Shown: in pieces, positions 18,187 to 28,401 of the stretch
Numbering within the stretch: the stretch's first letter is position 1
How the letters are laid out: every line of letters starts with the position of its first letter
Source: Alphaproteobacteria bacterium
GTDB lineage: Bacteria; Pseudomonadota; Alphaproteobacteria; Rs-D84
Reading direction: 5' to 3'
Length of the DNA: 64,000 bases
Assembly: GCA_017502865.1 (NCBI GenBank)
Contig: JAFVUD010000005.1
Location: 16,007-80,006, forward strand
Program-made: the position numbers and the translations under genes
Notes under the pieces: model-generated
What the model was told of the DNA's origin: nothing
What the model saw: only the letters and a program-made list of their open reading frames with translations
Database searches by the model: none

Positions 18187-19943
18187 TATATACGTACCCC
18201 AAATCCAATCTTCTTGGCAAATCCCGCAGATTTACGCAACGCCAACAATTCGTCAATCTTTTCCGGTGTAAATTCAGTACGCACATCTTCGGCATTGTTT
18301 TCCAATAACGCACGACGCAGAATTGCTGTGATTTCACGTTGCAGTTCACGCACCCCTTGTTCCGAAGTGTAATTTTGAACAATATGGCGAATTGCATCGT
18401 CATCAATTACAATGTTATTGATATCCCAACCGGTATCATGTGCCGCACGTGCAATCAAGTGTTCACGTGCAATCCGCACTTTTTCATCCATGGAATATCC
18501 TGGAATTTCGATAATTTCCATACGGTCTTTCAATGCGTTTGATAAATTCAAACTGTTTGCAGTCGCAATAAACAACACATTCGACAGGTCAAAGTCCACT
18601 TCCAAATAATGGTCACGGAAAGTCTTGTTCTGTTCTGGGTCCAGAATTTCCAACAACGCAGATTCTGGGTCGCCACGCCAATCACGCCCCATCTTGTCAA
18701 TTTCGTCCAACACGATAACCGGGTTGTTAGATTTGCTGCGTTTTAATGCGTCCATAATACGCCCTGTTTGGGCACCAATATATGTTTTACGATGCCCACG
18801 GAAATGTGCTTCGTCTGAAATGCCACCCAATGAAATACGCTGATATTTACGTCCCAACGCATTCGCAATAGATTTGCCCAGCGATGTTTTACCAACACCT
18901 GGTGCCCCTACAAAGCACAAAATGCTACCCTGGTTAGACTTGGTCTTTTTCATCACTGCGATATGTTCCAAAATGCGTTCTTTGACCCCTTGCATGCCCG
19001 AATGTTCGCTGTCCAGAACATCACGTGCCGTCTGCAAGTCAATCTGCATCTTGTCGGCTTTGTCCCATGGCATGGCCAGCAATTCGTCCAAATACGTCTT
19101 TAACAAGCCACCTTCGTTTGACATTGGCGACATAGAACGCATACGTTTCCATTCGCTTAACGCTTTTTCTTTGGCATCACGTGGCATGTGTGATTTTTCA
19201 ATTTTCTTTTTCAGGTTTGCTGTATCTGCCTCTGGGTCTTCTTCGCCCATTTCTTTTTGAATCGCCCGCATTTTTTCTTGCAGTATAGCCTCACGCCGAC
19301 CGTTTTCCATTTGTTGCTGAATACGGCGATTAATGGCTTCTTCAATCTTGGCTGTTTCCACCAACAGATTTACCTGTTCCAACAAAATAACTAATTTTTC
19401 ATTCCATGATTTTGCCGCCAGTATTTTCAACGCCGCATCTGTTTCAATTTCTGCGTTTTGTACAACACAGTCAATAAATGCCGGCAATGGATAACTTTGA
19501 ATAACACTGCGCAGTTTATCCATTTTGAACTTGCGACTTAAAGACAGAAATTGCATTTTTTCTGCAATCTTGTCACGCAGAACCGTTGTTTGTTCTGCAT
19601 GCATGTCGTCTTGTAATTCGATTGGGGTTGCATTGCCAACGAAAATACCATCTTCGACCAGAATGTCGTCCAATTTTACCGCATCTGTCGTACGAATAAT
19701 CGCATGCAGCGAACCGTCTGGCATACGCAGAACCTGGGCAATATCACCAATTGTCCCAATATCATAAATATCTTTGACCGATGTTGGATAATTCCAACTG
19801 CGTTGTGCCACCAGTACCAGTTTTTGACCGATTTTTGCGGCCACTTCGATACACGCAATAGATGTTTTATTGTCAATATACACCGGCACAGTCAGTCCCG
19901 GATGTACAACAAAATCACGAAATGGTAAAATATATTGTTTCAT
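18186..19943 (-). CDS. LonA-like protein: LON N-domain plus AAA+ module, with no S16 protease domain
   Basis: N-terminal LON domain (ILPFRDFVVHPGLTVPVYI), Walker A GAPGVGKTSLGKS, Walker B VIVLDEIDKM, and sensor/alpha subdomain GVRELQREI. The ORF stops about where the protease domain normally begins, and no DGPSAG is found. Confidence 0.85.
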   Translation of the reverse strand: MKQYILPFRDFVVHPGLTVPVYIDNKTSIACIEVAAKIGQKLVLVAQRSWNYPTSVKDIYDIGTIGDIAQVLRMPDGSLHAIIRTTDAVKLDDILVEDGIFVGNATPIELQDDMHAEQTTVLRDKIAEKMQFLSLSRKFKMDKLRSVIQSYPLPAFIDCVVQNAEIETDAALKILAAKSWNEKLVILLEQVNLLVETAKIEEAINRRIQQQMENGRREAILQEKMRAIQKEMGEEDPEADTANLKKKIEKSHMPRDAKEKALSEWKRMRSMSPMSNEGGLLKTYLDELLAMPWDKADKMQIDLQTARDVLDSEHSGMQGVKERILEHIAVMKKTKSNQGSILCFVGAPGVGKTSLGKSIANALGRKYQRISLGGISDEAHFRGHRKTYIGAQTGRIMDALKRSKSNNPVIVLDEIDKMGRDWRGDPESALLEILDPEQNKTFRDHYLEVDFDLSNVLFIATANSLNLSNALKDRMEIIEIPGYSMDEKVRIAREHLIARAAHDTGWDINNIVIDDDAIRHIVQNYTSEQGVRELQREITAILRRALLENNAEDVRTEFTPEKIDELLALRKSAGFAKKIGFGVRI

Positions 19944-20018
19944 AGCAAGTCTAAATATAATACTTTTTAATAACTTTTCAAGGACAATGACACAACCAAA
20001 CTGTGTGAATTAATTCAT

Positions 20019-20053
20019 AAAAAATGCGCCCCAATCGGGACGCATATTTTTTT
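20019..20053. terminator. Bidirectional terminator hairpin
   Basis: ATGCGCCCC-AATC-GGGACGCAT flanked by an A-run and a T-run. Confidence 0.7.
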
Positions 20054-20070
20054 GTGGTACATTCATCAAA

Positions 20071-20301
20071 TTAACGACGACGACCGCTAAAGTTATTGTG
20101 CTGTGCACTGTTGCTGGAACGTTTTGACAGATAACGTGCTGCAATCAAAACCAACCATTCCAAAGACAACGCAGCCATACCAGCCAACATAGTTGAAACA
20201 TCATTGCTCCAACCTAAAACATAAACCAATTGTGCAATGAACGAAATGTACAAAATCCCGAACACGCCTGTAAAGAATACTTTCTTAACTTTTCCAAACA
20301 T
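20071..20301 (-). CDS. Small two-TM membrane protein (76 aa)
   Basis: Two hydrophobic segments and a basic C-terminus, followed by a terminator. No family was recognised. Confidence 0.4.
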   Translation of the reverse strand: MFGKVKKVFFTGVFGILYISFIAQLVYVLGWSNDVSTMLAGMAALSLEWLVLIAARYLSKRSSNSAQHNNFSGRRR

Positions 20302-20343
20302 TTTTATGCCTTTTTGCTTTTATTAACAATCATTTTCTCTCTT

Positions 20344-20690
20344 AAAAAGTTGCCCGATTTCTGGTGCCAGGCATCGGGCGTGCCCCGCAATTGCTAGAAC
20401 GAATATGATTAACAATCGCCAACCATATTCAACGCCATATTAGGCAGCCATTGCAAAGCGAACATTGTCGTTCGCAGCGATTCTATCGCCATTCAGTTTT
20501 TAGTCGGCTTTTAACGACGCCATGTCGGATTCACCCAATTTGTCTTTCATCACCTGTCGAATCTATGTCAGCCCCATATTCAAATGCGACCATTCATCAC
20601 ATTTGAAAATGGTGGAGCTGTGGGGTACCGCCCCCCAGTCCAAAATGACTATTTCACAACGGATTCAGAATCATCACCGTAAACGGCACC
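20344..20690 (-). ncRNA. ssrA: tmRNA (ssrA), circularly permuted two-piece type
   Basis: Reading the minus strand: TATAAT at 20700..20695. The acceptor piece ends ...TGGGGGGCGGTACCCCACAGCTCCACCA at 20610. A 34-nt spacer follows. The coding piece starts GGGGCTGACATAGATTCGACAGG at 20575. The tag ORF GCG AAC GAC AAT GTT CGC TTT GCA ATG GCT GCC TAA (ANDNVRFAMAA) lies at 20475..20440. The 3' GGCACC pairs with the 5' GGTGCC, and a terminator GCCCGAT...ATCGGGC plus T-run closes the gene. Confidence 0.85.
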
Positions 20691-20756
20691 AATAATTATA
20701 GTCTTTTACACTGGAAATTGCAAGTTTTTAAGTTATAATGAACCCAAAGGTTATAA

Positions 20757-22254
<1,498 letters not shown>

Positions 22255-22327
22255 TTTTTTGCATTTTTTGATATTCTCTGGTATGATTTTGCACAGAAAC
22301 ACAAAAACCATAAAGGAGAAGTACACA

Positions 22328-22951
22328 ATGGTATCATTAAAAGGTACACAAACAGAAAAAAATCTGTTAATTGCATTCGCCGGTGAATCCCAGGCTCGCA
22401 ACCGTTACACTTTCTTTGCATCCCAGGCTAAGAAAGAAGGTTTCCAGGCAATTTCTAAAATCTTTTTGGAAACCGCAGACCAGGAAAAAGAACACGCATC
22501 ACGTTTGTTCAAGTTCCTAGAAGGTGGCGACTTGGAAATCACAGCATCTTATCCTGCGGGCAAAATTGGCACAACATTGGAAAATTTACAGGCTGCTGCA
22601 TACGGTGAACACGAAGAAAACACCGACATGTATCCAAAATTTGCCCAGATTGCTGCCCAGGAAGGTTTCCCAGCAATCGCAGAAATCCTGAAAAACATTG
22701 GTTATGCCGAACGTTATCATGAATCACGTTTCCGCGCCTTGATAGATGCCATCGAAAACGGCACATTGTTCAAACAGGATCATATCGTTATGTGGCGTTG
22801 CACAAACTGTGGTATGTGGCACATCGGTACCGAAGCACCAAAAGTATGCCCAGCATGCTTGCACGAACAGGGCTACTTCATCAGCGAAGGTACAACATCA
22901 CGTTGTGACACCAACGAAGGTTTCTGTGAATACAGCGTTATCGACGACTAA
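22328..22951 (+). CDS. rbr: Rubrerythrin
   Basis: ATG at 22328 preceded by AAAGGAGAA. Ferritin-like EKNLLIAFAGESQARNRY and EKEHA motifs. C-terminal rubredoxin-like CTNCG...CPAC, plus about 20 extra residues. Confidence 0.9.
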   Translation: MVSLKGTQTEKNLLIAFAGESQARNRYTFFASQAKKEGFQAISKIFLETADQEKEHASRLFKFLEGGDLEITASYPAGKIGTTLENLQAAAYGEHEENTDMYPKFAQIAAQEGFPAIAEILKNIGYAERYHESRFRALIDAIENGTLFKQDHIVMWRCTNCGMWHIGTEAPKVCPACLHEQGYFISEGTTSRCDTNEGFCEYSVIDD

Positions 22952-22967
22952 TTCACGAACCAAAATT

Positions 22968-22992
22968 AAATCCCCCGTTTGGGGGATTTTTT
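22968..22992. terminator. Bidirectional terminator between convergent genes
   Basis: AAATCCCCC-GTTT-GGGGGATTT followed by a T-run. Confidence 0.8.
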
Positions 22993-23455
22993 ATTGTTCT
23001 AATTCGTCCAGAATTTTATTTAATTTGCGAACGGTACTGTTTGCACACCCACGCCCTGTCCATGACAAGATTTCTGTGTCTGTTTCCTGATCGATAATCG
23101 ACATGTTAAAACGCCACCACCAAAATCCATTCAGTGCACACCAAATCGGACGGAATTTTTCGCTGTTTTCTGAAATACGCATCAAATATTTTGCGTTTGT
23201 TGGAACTGAAAACGTTTCCAGTTCTGAACCCAAACTTTCTGCAATATTGGAACTGTTGGATAATTTGCCGATTTTGATTGTGTATCCACGTTCTTCCAGC
23301 AATGGTTTTGCAGCGTGCCGTAATGTATATCCGCCACGTGTTGTGTAAATTTCGGCCCCTGGCTCCAACGTCCCCGGTTTTAAATATACACTGTTGCAAC
23401 CAGTCAAGATGCAGACAACAGACAGTAATGATAAAAATATCTTGTGCATAATCAA
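22991..23455 (-). CDS. Lipoprotein (154 aa)
   Basis: MIMHKIFLSLLSVVCILTGC has a lipobox (L-T-G-C). Confidence 0.55.
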   Translation of the reverse strand: MIMHKIFLSLLSVVCILTGCNSVYLKPGTLEPGAEIYTTRGGYTLRHAAKPLLEERGYTIKIGKLSNSSNIAESLGSELETFSVPTNAKYLMRISENSEKFRPIWCALNGFWWWRFNMSIIDQETDTEILSWTGRGCANSTVRKLNKILDELEQ

Positions 23456-23509
23456 ATCCTTTCGTGTGCAGTGTATTTAATTTAGCGGGTTTTATCAAGA
23501 ATATTTATC

Positions 23510-23538
23510 TTGATAAAATCAGTGTTTTATTTTACAAT
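23510..23538 (+). promoter_or_regulatory. Sigma70-like promoter (TTGATA-17-TACAAT) overlapped by a 9-bp inverted repeat
   Basis: TTGATA at 23510..15 and TACAAT at 23533..38 with a 17-nt spacer. The inverted repeat TTATCAAGA/TCTTGATAA lies at 23492..23500 and 23508..23516. Confidence 0.55.
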
Positions 23539-23544
23539 TGTCCC

Positions 23545-23646
23545 AGAACCCTAGGGATAGTGTTCGGGGACGTAAGACATCCTTTGTACGCACGGCACAT
23601 TGTGTCGTAATCCGCAAATGTAGTGCGGCACGATTGTGCCTTTTTT
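23545..23646 (+). ncRNA. Candidate ~100-nt small RNA or first leader element, bounded by a promoter and a terminator
   Basis: It begins after the promoter above. Internal helices are CGCAC/GTGCG and ACATT/AATGT. It ends at terminator GGCAC-GATT-GTGCC-TTTTTT (23627..23646). The class was not recognised. Confidence 0.3.
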
Positions 23647-23783
23647 CTCGATGTATGTCGGGAAGCTGCTGGTCATACAACAGGTGCAAACCGAAAGCCA
23701 GCGGGGTCATTTTGCGTATATGATTGTCTTAACTTCCCGGCTGTCAAATTGGCAGTCGTTTTTTGTTAGCCTAAGGAGAAGTT

Positions 23784-24734
23784 ATGCCAAAAGTATCTGT
23801 CATTGTGCCGTGTTATAATGTAGCACAGTATGTGTCAAAATGTTTAGATTCATTAACAAATCAAACACTGTCAGATATTGAAATAATTTGTATCGATGAT
23901 AAATCAACAGATGGCACATTAAAGATACTAAAACAATATGCCACCCAAGATTCCCGTATAAAACTGATACAGCAACCGCAAAACGGTGGCCTGTCGAATG
24001 CACGTAATGCAGGCCTGGACGTTGCGTGTGGTGATTATATTGGCTTTGTAGATTCTGATGATTATGTTGATTCAGATTTTTATAAAGAATTATATGAAAT
24101 ATGTCGAATAAATGGGTCTGATATTGCGTGTGGTGTATTATGTGTTGTTGAACCTCAAAAAACATACAGTCTTGATAATCATCCGTCTTGTTTGGTCAAA
24201 GGTTTGCCGACGGTTCTGTCTCATATAAATAATGGTTCTGTGTGTTCAAAGTTGTTTAAGCGAACACTGTTTGAAAAAATCAGATTTCCATCTGGCCTAT
24301 ATTACGAAGATAATTTAACATTGCTTGAATTATTGCTTTGTGCAAACTTGGTAGCTTTTGACGAGGCTGTATTTTATTACTATCGTTTTAACCCTAACAG
24401 TATCGTCCATGACGAAAAAAAGCATGAAAAACGTGTTTGTGACAGTGTTGAAATATTATCAAGAATTAACAAACTGTCGAAAAATCGCAGTGCCAAAGAG
24501 GCTGACGCCATAAAACAAACTTTTTTGAAAATATTGTTTATGAGAACCGAGTACTTGACCAACAAAAATTATCGTACACAGTTAAACAATATATTCGGCA
24601 AAAGATATCTGAAATCTGTTGTAATGACTTCTTGCGTACGTAAAATGTCAAACAAAATAAGACGTTTTGTTTTTCGCATACAAAACAATCGTGTAAAAAT
24701 TTTTAAGATAACAGTATATAAAATCAAGGGGTAA
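23784..24734 (+). CDS. Family-2 glycosyltransferase
   Basis: VSVIVPCYN, DDKSTDGT and VDSDD motifs. RBS TAAGGAGAAG. Confidence 0.85.
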   Translation: MPKVSVIVPCYNVAQYVSKCLDSLTNQTLSDIEIICIDDKSTDGTLKILKQYATQDSRIKLIQQPQNGGLSNARNAGLDVACGDYIGFVDSDDYVDSDFYKELYEICRINGSDIACGVLCVVEPQKTYSLDNHPSCLVKGLPTVLSHINNGSVCSKLFKRTLFEKIRFPSGLYYEDNLTLLELLLCANLVAFDEAVFYYYRFNPNSIVHDEKKHEKRVCDSVEILSRINKLSKNRSAKEADAIKQTFLKILFMRTEYLTNKNYRTQLNNIFGKRYLKSVVMTSCVRKMSNKIRRFVFRIQNNRVKIFKITVYKIKG

Positions 24735-24738
24735 TACC

Positions 24739-25611
24739 ATGCTGTCAAAACCACGTGTGTCTGTTTTAACACCAATTTATAATACAAATATTGGCCATTT
24801 ATGTGAATGTATAGAATCGATAATAAATCAAACATTTACTGATTTCGAATTTATCATTTTAAATGATAGTCCTGATAACAAAAGATTGAAAAAAATTATT
24901 GGCACATACGATGATAAGCGTATCAAATATTATGAAAATGAAAAAAATATTGGTATTTCAGCATCTCGTAACCGCTTGCTGGATTTAGCACGGGGTGAAT
25001 ATATTGCTATATTTGATCATGATGATATATCTATGCCAGATCGCTTGGCTCGTCAGGTTGCATTCTTAGATGCACATCCAAACGTTGGGGTGGTGTCTGG
25101 TTTGTTGCAATGTTTTGGTGACAGAAACGACGTATGGCAAAACCCCGAAAGCGATATAGAAATCAAATTAGGCTTAACCGAAAATTGTTTTATTGCCCAT
25201 ACCGCGGCAATGATTCGAAAATCTGTATTAGATAAACATAATATACGATACGAAGAAAAATATACTCCTGCAGAAGATTATCGTCTTTGGACACGTTTAA
25301 TGGATTTTACAGATTTTTATAATATTCAGACGCCGCTTGTAAAATACAGATGGTATTCTGAAAATACGACAAATTTGCAACAGAATAAAATGCACAACGC
25401 TTGGTTGGCAATAAAAAGCGATGTTTGTAATAAATATCCTGGCAATTATGCTGTGTACCAAGAATTGCACAAATGGGAAAGGGTACAAAATGTTAAATCT
25501 TTGCCTCGAAATTGGCGGTGCAGATTGTTTGGTGTAATACCTTTGTTGAAACGCAAGCAAAAATGGGTTTTGTTGTTTGATTTTATACCCGTTCTAAAAC
25601 TAAGATATTAA
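24739..25611 (+). CDS. Family-2 glycosyltransferase
   Basis: [16 protein letters not shown] and FDHDD motifs. Confidence 0.85.
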   Translation: MLSKPRVSVLTPIYNTNIGHLCECIESIINQTFTDFEFIILNDSPDNKRLKKIIGTYDDKRIKYYENEKNIGISASRNRLLDLARGEYIAIFDHDDISMPDRLARQVAFLDAHPNVGVVSGLLQCFGDRNDVWQNPESDIEIKLGLTENCFIAHTAAMIRKSVLDKHNIRYEEKYTPAEDYRLWTRLMDFTDFYNIQTPLVKYRWYSENTTNLQQNKMHNAWLAIKSDVCNKYPGNYAVYQELHKWERVQNVKSLPRNWRCRLFGVIPLLKRKQKWVLLFDFIPVLKLRY

Positions 25612-25629
25612 ATATTATAATAAAAAACT

Positions 25630-25706
25630 TGGCGCACCCAACAGGATTCGAACCTGTAGTCCCCGCCTTCGGAGGGCGATGCTCTATCCAGTTAAGCCAT
25701 GGGTGC
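25630..25706 (-). tRNA. tRNA-Arg (anticodon CCG), CCA encoded
   Basis: Acceptor GCACCCA/TGGGTGC, anticodon loop CTCCGAA, T-arm ACAGGTTCGAATCCTGT. Confidence 0.95.
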
Positions 25707-25753
25707 GCAACACAGGTTATTATAAATATTTACAAATAAAATGCAAGTCTGTC

Positions 25754-26578
25754 TTATCGCTGTGGACCCGGATATTCGCCGTGCCAGAACATTGCATCCA
25801 ACTTTCTGCGTTGTGATCGCACCATGCGTAAAAATTTCAGTGTGCCCATAATAACGTTGCGATTTAATTTTCGGCCCATGGTGTCTTCATAATAATCCAT
25901 GTATTCACCATAGTTATTCAGTGGGTACGACCGGAATGTTTGCAGCACAGAAAAGTCATCGTTGCATACCGCAATCGCATCTAAATCGATTATGCGTGTC
26001 ACATTGAATTTGTCATCAATCAATATGTTTTTTGCATGTATATCGTTGTGCAGTAATTTGGCTTCGCCATATTGTGACATGTGCTTTGCGGCCAGTGCAT
26101 ATGCATCTGCCATTATGCGTTTCATATTCCACCGCATGCATGTTTTGAATATATCTGCAAAATATCGGCCCGATTGTGGTCTAAATTCGATTGGTGGTAT
26201 CTGCGATATTTTGCGTTGAATATCAATCGCCTGCTTATACGCATCAAAAATCTGGTCGCTTGTAATCTGGGCTTTTGTAATGTATTCATGCAGCGTTTTA
26301 TCTGGGCAATACGGGTACGTTTCAAACCAAGAATCCATATACGCACGCACGTTTGTTTGTGGTGTTGGAATATCATACATCTGCATTAAATTGGAAACCG
26401 TACGGTTATGCATAACAATGTTTGGGTCGTTAAATTTACATACCTGGGTGCCATCTGGCGTATCAACCAAGAAAACCGGACTGTGTGCACCACAGACCTC
26501 AGGTTTTCGTATGTTCCATGAATTTGGAAAAGTCACCTTGATTGCGGCATGATAAAAATCTGGTGTATGGTGTTGCAT
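25754..26578 (-). CDS. APH/choline-kinase-fold phosphotransferase (paralogue 2)
   Basis: Catalytic loop LLHNDIHAKNILID (HxDxxxxN) and metal-binding IIDLDAIAV. Confidence 0.7.
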   Translation of the reverse strand: MQHHTPDFYHAAIKVTFPNSWNIRKPEVCGAHSPVFLVDTPDGTQVCKFNDPNIVMHNRTVSNLMQMYDIPTPQTNVRAYMDSWFETYPYCPDKTLHEYITKAQITSDQIFDAYKQAIDIQRKISQIPPIEFRPQSGRYFADIFKTCMRWNMKRIMADAYALAAKHMSQYGEAKLLHNDIHAKNILIDDKFNVTRIIDLDAIAVCNDDFSVLQTFRSYPLNNYGEYMDYYEDTMGRKLNRNVIMGTLKFLRMVRSQRRKLDAMFWHGEYPGPQR

Positions 26579-26580
26579 AA

Positions 26581-27396
26581 TTATTTACGTCTTTGCTTAT
26601 GTTGCCATAACATTTTCTTGCCAAAATTATTCAGTCCAACCATACCCTGAATTCTGCTGCGACTTAATTTGTCGCCGGTCGTTTCTTCATAGAAATCCAT
26701 AAGTTCTTTTATATCGAACCCCAGATTTTTATACCATGATGCCATCGCACAGAATGCATAGTTTTTATTGCATATAACTGCACTGTCCAAATCAACAAAT
26801 CCGGCCAAATGTCCATCGTCTGTTATGATGGTATTTTTTGGTGACAGGTCTGAATGAATAATTGCCGTGTCGTTGCTTTTGCCCATATTGGCCACGTATG
26901 CAAACGCCATGAAAATATTTGCCAGTGTTTCATTGTTTGCCCGTGCCGTATGTTCACGTGCAAAGTTATGAAATTTGAATTGTGGGTTACTATTCAGTTG
27001 TATTGGATGTACACGTGTCATCTTTGCAAATTCCACCAAAATTTCACGATAAATCTGCTGAATTTGTTCTGGTGTAATCTGTCGGTTATTAATTGCCTGG
27101 TACAGTGTTTGACCCTGCATCAAAGGATACTTTTCAAAAAACAAACCATTGTCCGCATGTGCGGTTATTGTTGGTACAGGAATTTTGTGAACGGTTTTAT
27201 AAATTCGGCTGATTTTTGCGTTCTTACGCACGGTTGCATCATTTCCAAATTTGAAAATAAATTGTTCCTTGTCGGTTTCTGCAATCAAAACATTATCCAG
27301 TGACCCCCGTATTTCAGGCATACGAATTTCAACAGGCTGATTGGCCATGTGTGCACGAATTGCATTGCAATATGTTCTAAATTGTCCATCTGTCAT
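26581..27396 (-). CDS. APH/choline-kinase-fold phosphotransferase (paralogue 1)
   Basis: IIHSDLSPKNTIITDD and FVDLDSAVI. It is tandem to the previous gene with a 2-nt gap. Confidence 0.7.
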   Translation of the reverse strand: MTDGQFRTYCNAIRAHMANQPVEIRMPEIRGSLDNVLIAETDKEQFIFKFGNDATVRKNAKISRIYKTVHKIPVPTITAHADNGLFFEKYPLMQGQTLYQAINNRQITPEQIQQIYREILVEFAKMTRVHPIQLNSNPQFKFHNFAREHTARANNETLANIFMAFAYVANMGKSNDTAIIHSDLSPKNTIITDDGHLAGFVDLDSAVICNKNYAFCAMASWYKNLGFDIKELMDFYEETTGDKLSRSRIQGMVGLNNFGKKMLWQHKQRRK

Positions 27397-27468
27397 AATA
27401 AATCCACTAATATTTGTCCAAAATATTTTATAGTCAATATATCAAAAGTCAAGGGAATAGGGGGATTT

Positions 27469-28401
27469 TTATATCTGGCCAACAGTAATCCCAAATAATT
27501 TAATGCGGTTTCCCACGATTTTTATACCCGGAATATGGGTTTTCTTGGGTGTAAATTGATCTTCATGTCGTGCAATTCGCATTGGGCTGGTACCTGCGAT
27601 TTGGCACATTTTCGTATAGTACGCAAATAAATCACGCTGGTGATAGTGCAGTTGGAATGGTTTGCGTGTATAGAAATGATAGATTACGTAATTGCTGCGT
27701 GCGTTTTCTGCATCTGTTTTATCATAATCAGATGGCAGATACGCATATGTAAAATTATATTTTAGCGACAGGTACAAAATACGGCCGGCAAATCGCATGT
27801 TTAATAAATCCTGGTCTGGGCATACCAGTTGTTTGGAATCTATTGGCTGGCCCAGGCTGTCTAATTCCGCACGTTTTGTCATGTCCATTAACAATACCCC
27901 AGAATTAATATAATGGCCACCTTTCATATGTTTTTCAGTAAATTCACGTACGTATTGGCCGATATAGTTGTTTGGGTTGTCCACCAATGCCATATCACGC
28001 ACAGCCCCAATAACATTGTCGCCCATATCTGTTTGAAACAGTTCCCACAAATCGCCGAAAATCAGTGTGTCTGAATCCAAATACAGCATGCGGTCCAGGT
28101 TTGGAAATATTTTATGTGCGAACAATCGATAGAAAATAACAGGGTGCCATTTTTTGAAATCATATGTTTCAAATGGATTTTCGTTTGGAATAATTTTTCG
28201 CCATATTAAACGACAGTTTTTGAATTTGCGAACCGTACGTTGAATTTTCCAACGGGCCCAGTTGCTGGTTTTCTGGGGAACCATACAGTAAATATCAATT
28301 TCTGTATCGGTATTTTTGTTGTGCATCAGCGAACACATAGACACCAACGCAGTTTTCCAGAATTTATTATCAAAGCAATACAGAACATTTATCTTATGCA
28401 T
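27469..28401 (-). CDS. Family-8 glycosyltransferase (LPS/LOS glycosyltransferase-like)
   Basis: INVLYCFDNKF and LYLDSDTLIFGDLWELF (DxD) are typical GT8 motifs. Confidence 0.8.
   Translation of the reverse strand: MHKINVLYCFDNKFWKTALVSMCSLMHNKNTDTEIDIYCMVPQKTSNWARWKIQRTVRKFKNCRLIWRKIIPNENPFETYDFKKWHPVIFYRLFAHKIFPNLDRMLYLDSDTLIFGDLWELFQTDMGDNVIGAVRDMALVDNPNNYIGQYVREFTEKHMKGGHYINSGVLLMDMTKRAELDSLGQPIDSKQLVCPDQDLLNMRFAGRILYLSLKYNFTYAYLPSDYDKTDAENARSNYVIYHFYTRKPFQLHYHQRDLFAYYTKMCQIAGTSPMRIARHEDQFTPKKTHIPGIKIVGNRIKLFGITVGQI

Noticed and set aside
20609-20640. A stand-alone tRNA-like 3' end (…CAGCTCCACCA) that could be mistaken for a truncated tRNA-Ala gene.
   Set aside because: It is the acceptor piece of the permuted tmRNA. 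The matching 5' strand GGGGCTG lies 34 nt downstream on the same strand, together with the tag ORF.
23656-23742. A possible c-di-GMP-I (GEMM-I) riboswitch, because ACAGGTGCAAACC...GAAAGCC resembles the ACAGGGCAAACC...GCAAAGCC of known examples and lies upstream of a glycosyltransferase.
   Set aside because: The intervening P2 hairpin and the tetraloop-receptor helix of GEMM-I are missing, and the helices I can draw do not match the class architecture. The resemblance covers only two short strings.
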